Assembly (NCBI RefSeq): GCF_009914755.1
Contig: NC_060933.1
Reading direction: 5' to 3' (one strand)
From: the human T2T-CHM13v2.0 reference genome, Homo sapiens
DNA: 64,000 nt
Position 1 is the stretch's first letter; every line of letters starts with the position of its first letter. The notes under the pieces are model-generated. The model had not been told where the DNA came from. It did not search any database and worked only from the letters and a program-made list of their open reading frames with translations. The translations under genes and the position numbers were made by a program. This document shows positions 58,501 to 64,000 of this stretch, piece by piece.

Positions 58501-60689
58501 GTTGAATCCATTCCATTGCATTCCATTGCATTCCATTCCATTCGATTCCATTCGATTGTACTCGGGTTGATTCCATTCCATTGCATTCCATTCCATTCCA
58601 TTCCATTCCATTCCATTCCATTCCGTTCCATTCCATTTCATTACATTCAGATTGATTCTATTCAATTCCCTTACACTCCATTATATTCCAATCCGTTCTG
58701 GTTGTCTCCATTCCATTCCATTCCATTTCACTCCATTCCATTGCACTCGGGTTGATTCCATTCCATTCCATTCCATTGCATTCCATTCCATTCCATTCCG
58801 GATGATTCCATTCCATTGCATTCCATTCCATTCCATTCCCCTGCACTCGGGTTTTTTCCATTCCATTCCATTACATTACATTCCGTTCCATTCCATTCCA
58901 TTCCATTCGGATTGATTCTATTCAATTCCCTTACACTCCATTCCGTTCCATTCCATTCGGGTAGTTTCCATTCCATTCCATTCCATTCCTCTCCATTCCA
59001 TTGCACTCGGGTTGACTCCATTCCATTCCATTCCATTCCATTCCATTCCATTCCATTACATTACATTACATTACATTCCGTTCCATTGTACTCGGGTTGA
59101 TTCCATTCCATTGCATTCCATTCCATTCCATTCCATTCCACTCCATTCCATTCCATTCCATTCCGTTCCATTCCATTACATTCGGATTGATTCTATTCAA
59201 CTCCCTTACTCTCCATTACATTCCATTCCATTCGGGTTGTTCCATTCCATTCCATTCCATTCCACTCCATTCCATTGCGCTCAGGTTGATTCCATTCCAT
59301 TCGATTCCATTCCGTTCCATTCCATTCCGGATGATTCCATTCCATTGCATTCCGTTCCATTACATTCCCCTGCACTCGGGTTGATTCCATTCCATTCCAT
59401 TCCATTCCATTCCATTCCATTCCATTCCATTCCAATTCTTTCCATTCCATTCTATTCCGTACCATTCCATTCCATTCCATTCCATACAATTCCATTCCAT
59501 TCCATTCCATTCCACTCCGTTCCGTTCCGTTCCGTTCTGTTCCGTTCCATTCCATTCCATTCCATTCTATTCGGTTTAATTCTATTCCATTCCATTCCAT
59601 TCCATTCCATTCTATTCCATTCCATTGCAATCGAGTTGAATCCATTGCATTCCATTCCATTCCATTCCATTCCATTCCATTCCATTCCGGAAGATTCCAT
59701 TCCATTGCATTCCATTGCATTCCATTCCATGCCATTCCATTCCATTCCATTCCATTCCATTGTACTCGGGTTGATTCCATTCCATTGCATTCCATTCCAT
59801 TCCATTCCATTCCATTCCATTGCATTCCGTTCCATTCCATTCCATTACATTCGGATTGATTCTTTTCAACTCCCTTACTCTCCTTTACATTCCGTTCCAT
59901 TCGGGTTGTTCCATTCCATTCCATTCCATTCCACTCCATTCCATTGCACTCAGGTTGATTCCATTCCATTCCATTCCATTCTATTCCATTCCATTCTATT
60001 CCGGAAGATTCCATTCCATTGCATTCCATTCCCTTCCATTCCCCTGCACTCACGTTGATTCCATTCCATTCCATTCCATTCCATTCCATTCCATTCCTTT
60101 CCATTCCATTCCATTCGGATTCATTCTATTCAATTCCCTTACACTCCATTACATTCCATTCGATTCGTGTAGTTTCCATTCCATTCCATTCCATTCCTCT
60201 CCATTCCATTGCACTCGGGTTGTTTCCATTCCATTCCATTCCATTCCATTCCATTCCATTCCATTCCATTCCGGATGATTCCATTCCATTGAATTCCATT
60301 CCATTCCATTCCCCTGCACTTGGGTTGATTCCATTCCATTCCATTCCATTCCTTTGTGTTCCATTCAATTCCATTCCATTCCATTCTATTCGTGTTAATT
60401 CCATTCCATTCTATTCCATTCCCTTCCATTGAAGTCGAGTTGATTCCATTCCATTCCATTCCATTCCATTCCATTCCATTCCATTCCATTCCGGATGATT
60501 CCATTCCATTGCATTCCATTCCATTCCATTCCCCTGCACTCGGGTTGATTCCATCCCATTCCATTCCATTCCATTCCATTCCATTCCATTCCGGAAGATT
60601 CCATTCCATTGCTTTCCATTCCATTCCATTCCCCTGCACTCGCGTTGATTCCATTCCATTCCATTCCACTCCATTGCATTCCATTCCAT

Positions 60690-63600
60690 TCCTTTCCGTT
60701 CCATTCCATTCCATTCCATTCCATTCCAATCCATTCCATTCCGTTCCGTTCCGTTCCATTCCATTCCATTCCATTCTATTCGGGTTAATTCCATTCCATT
60801 CCATTCGATTGCAATCGAGTTGATTCCATTCCATTCCATTCCATTCCATTCCATTCCATTCCATTCCTTTCCATTCCATTACGGATGATTCCATTCCATT
60901 GCATTCCATTCCATTCCATTCCCCTGTACTCTTGTTGATTCCATTCCATTCCATTCCAATCCATGCCATTCCACTCGTGTTGATTCCATTCTTTCCATTC
61001 CATTCAAGTTGAATCCATTCCATTGCATTCCCTTCCATTCCATTCCCCTGCAGTCGGGTTGATTCCATTCCATTCCATTCCATTCCGTTCCAATCCATTC
61101 CATTCCGTTCTGTTCCATTCCATTGCATTCCATTCTATTCGGGTTAATTCCATTCCATTCCATTCCATTCCATTCCAATCGAGTTGATTCCATTCGATTC
61201 CATTCCATTCCATTCCACTCCATTCCAGTCCTTTCCATTCCATTCCACTCGGGTTGATTCCAATGTATTCCTTTCCATTCCATTCCATTCCACTGCAATC
61301 GAGTTGATTCCATTGTTTTGCATTCCATTCCATTCCATTCCATTCCGGGTGATTCCATTCCATTGCATTCCATTCCATTCCATTCCCCTGCACTCGGGTT
61401 GATTCCATTCCATTCCACTGCATTCCATTCCATTCCATTCCATTCCATTACAATCGAGTTGATTCCATTCCATTCCATTCCATTCCAGTCCTTTCCATTC
61501 CATTCCACTCGGTTTGATTCCATTCCATTAGTTTCCATTCCATTTCGTTTCCTTCCATTCCACTCTGGTTGATTCCATTCCTTTCCATTCCACTCGAATA
61601 CATTCCCTCCTATTCCACTTGGAACTATTCCATTCCATTCCATTCCATTCCATTCCATTCCATTCCATTTCGTTCCATTCCATTCTATTCCGTATCATTC
61701 CATTTCATTCCATTCCATTCCATTCCATTCCATTCCATTCCATTCCATTGTACTCGGGTTGATTCCATTCCATTGCATTCCATTCTATTCCATTCCATTC
61801 CATTCCGTTGCATTCCATTCCATTACATTCGGATTCATTCTATTCAACTCCCTTACTCTCCATTACATTCCATTCCATTCGGGTTGTTCCATTCCATTCC
61901 ATTCCATTCCACTCCATTCCATTGCACTCGGGTTGATTCCATTCCATTCCATTCCATTCCATTCCATTCCATTCCGGATGATTCCATTCCATTGAATTCC
62001 GTTCCATTACATTCCCCTGCACTGGCGTTGATTCCATTCCATTCCATTCCATTCCATTCAATTCCATTCCACTACAATTCGTTCCATTCCATTCTATTCC
62101 GTACCATTCCATTCCATTCCATGCCATTCCATTCCATTCCATTCCATTCCATTCCGTTCCATTCCGTTCCATTCCATTCCATTCCATTCTATTTGGGTTA
62201 ATTCCATTCCATTCCATTCCATTCCATTCCATTCCATTCCATTCCATTCTATTCCATTCCATTGCAATCGAGTTGAATCCATTGCATTTCATTCCATTCC
62301 ATTCCATTCCATTCCATTCCATTCCGGAAGATTCCATTCCATTGCATTCCATTCCATTCCATTCCCTTTCACTCGCGTTGATTCCATTCCATTCCATTCC
62401 ATTCCATTCCATTCCTTTCCGTTCCATTCCATTCCATTCCATTCCATTCCATTCCAATGCATTCCATTCCATTCCGTTCCGTTCCATTCCATTCCATTCC
62501 ATTCTATTCGGGTTAATTCCATTCCATTCCGTTCGATTGCAATCGAGTTGATTCCATTCCATTCCATTCAATTCCATTCCATTCCATTCCATTCCTTTCC
62601 ATTCCATTACGGATGATTCCATTCCATTGCATTCCATTCCATTCCATTCCCCTGTACTCGGGTTGATTCCATTCCATTCCATTCCATTCCATGCCATTCC
62701 ACTCGCGTTGATTCCATTCTTTCCATTCCATTCAAGTTGAATCCATTCCATTGCATTCCATTCCATTCCATTCCCCTGCAGTCGGGTTGTTTCCATTCCA
62801 TTCCATTCCATTCCATTCCATTCCATTCCGTTCCGTTCCATTCCATTCCATTCCATTCTATTCGGGTTAATTCCATTCCATTCCATTCCATTCCATTCCA
62901 TTCCATTGCATTCCAATCGGGTTGATTCCATTCCATTCCATTCCATTCCATTCCACTCCATTCCAGTCCTTTCCATTCCATTCCACTCGGGTTGATTCCA
63001 ATGTATTCCTTTCCATTCCATTCCATTCCATTGCAATCGAGTTGATTCCATTGCTTTGCATTCCATTCCATTCCATTCCATTCCGGATGATTCCATTCCA
63101 TTGCATTCCATTCCATTCCATTCCCCTGCACTCGGGTTGATTCCATTCTATCCCACTCCACTCCGTTCCATTCCATTCCATTGCATTGTATTCGGGTTAA
63201 TTCCATTCCATAACATTCCATTCCATTACATTCCATTCCATTCCATTCCATTCCATTACAATCGAGTTGATTCCATTCCATTCCATTCCATTCCAGTCAT
63301 TTCCATTCCATTCCACTCGGGTTGATTCCATTCTATTAGTTTCCATTCCATTCCATTCCCTTCCATTCCACTCTGGTTTATTCCATTCCTTTCCATTCCA
63401 CTCGAATACATTCCCTCCTATTCCACTCGGAACGATTCCATTCCATTCCATTCCATTCCATTCCATTCCATTCCATTCCATTCCTTTCCGTTCCATTCCA
63501 TTCCATTCCATTCCATTCCAATCCATTCCATTCCGTTCCGTTCCGTTCCATTCCATTCCATTCCATTCTATTCGGGTTAATTCCATTCCATTCCATTCGA

Positions 63601-64000
63601 TTGCAATCGAGTTGATTCCATTCCATTCCATTCCATTCCATTCCATTCCATTCCATTCCTTTCCATTCCATTACGGATGATTCCATTCCATTGCATTCCA
63701 TTCCATTCCATTCCCCTGTACTCTTGTTGATTCCATTCCATTCCATTCCAATCCATGCCATTCCACTCGTGTTGATTCCATTCTTTCCATTCCATTCAAG
63801 TTGAATCCATTCCATTGCATTCCCTTCCATTCCATTCCCCTGCAGTCGGGTTGATTCCATTCCATTCCATTCCATTCCGTTCCAATCCATTCCATTCCGT
63901 TCTGTTCCATTCCATTGCATTCCATTCTATTCGGGTTAATTCCATTCCATTCCATTCCATTCCAATCGAGTTGATTCCATTCGATTCCATTCCATTCCAT
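60690..64000 (-). repeat. Block of at least 0.5 kb repeated at 2792-bp offset (about 60.7-61.2 kb and 63.5-64.0 kb, truncated by the window edge)
   Basis: Private variant CCCCTGTACTCTTGTTGA near 60921 and 63713. GCATTCCCTTCC and CCGTTCCAATCC are also shared. Confidence 0.75.

Larger units (their letters stand above)
35773..64000 (-). repeat. Satellite III (HSat3) array, right arm, inverted: (ATTCC)n on +, G-rich strand on -
   Basis: Same vocabulary as the left arm in reverse complement (ACTCGGGTTGATTCC, GCAATCGAGTTGATTCC, CTATTCGGGTTAATTCC). I saw no further strand switch up to the right edge. Confidence 0.97.

Noticed and set aside
15-64000. Hundreds of ORFs encoding MEWNG or IPFHS repeats (up to 423 aa at 61840-63111)
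   Set aside because: (GGAAT)n has no stop codon in any frame and contains ATG every 5 bp, so overlapping ORFs on both strands are expected. No domain-like or unique sequence is present.
1-64000. CRISPR-like alternation of repeats and spacers
   Set aside because: The interspersed words are themselves highly repeated, the spacers are variable-length pentamer runs, and no cas genes are present.
7550-64000. Giant perfect palindrome (fold-back duplication or read artefact) centred on 35,775
   Set aside because: Word-level symmetry ends after 12 bp, and homologous blocks in the two arms lie at unequal distances from the centre.
1-64000. HSat2, alpha satellite, telomeric repeat or a strict DYZ1-type fixed unit
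   Set aside because: HSat2 is dominated by CATTCGATTC-type units with poor pentamer runs, unlike this array. There is no 171-bp monomer or TTAGGG tract, and no strict 3.6-kb period is visible.
1-64000. Assignment to a specific chromosome or subfamily (for example chr9q12 HSat3B5)
   Set aside because: This is plausible given the CAACCCGAGT-rich vocabulary and the strand switch, but it cannot be established without subfamily k-mer classification or alignment. A great-ape origin is not excluded.

Overview
The whole 64 kb is primate (very likely human) classical Satellite III / HSat3. It consists of (GGAAT)n pentamer runs interrupted by a small vocabulary of recurrent words, including the diagnostic ATCAACCCGAGT (reverse complement ACTCGGGTTGAT). 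I see no genes, RNA genes, transposons or CRISPR arrays; every ORF in the track (MEWNG/IPFHS repeats) is a reading-frame artefact of the pentamer. The main structural feature is one strand switch at about 35,775: GGAAT on + to the left, ATTCC on + to the right. The junction has no inserted foreign sequence, shows a 5-bp microhomology (CGAGT), forms a 28-bp near-perfect palindrome, and has an apparent ~100-bp deletion and elevated divergence next to it. One recurrent word, GGAATCTTCCGGAAT, is a perfect three-unit heat-shock element (roughly 45-50 copies by eye). The array is built from nested local duplications (91 bp, 180 bp, 335 bp, 770 bp, 1.5-1.8 kb, 3.2 kb, 5.2 kb), and blocks are shared in inverted orientation between the arms. 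I found no evidence for a new protein-coding system. All counts and boundaries were made by eye and need computational confirmation.
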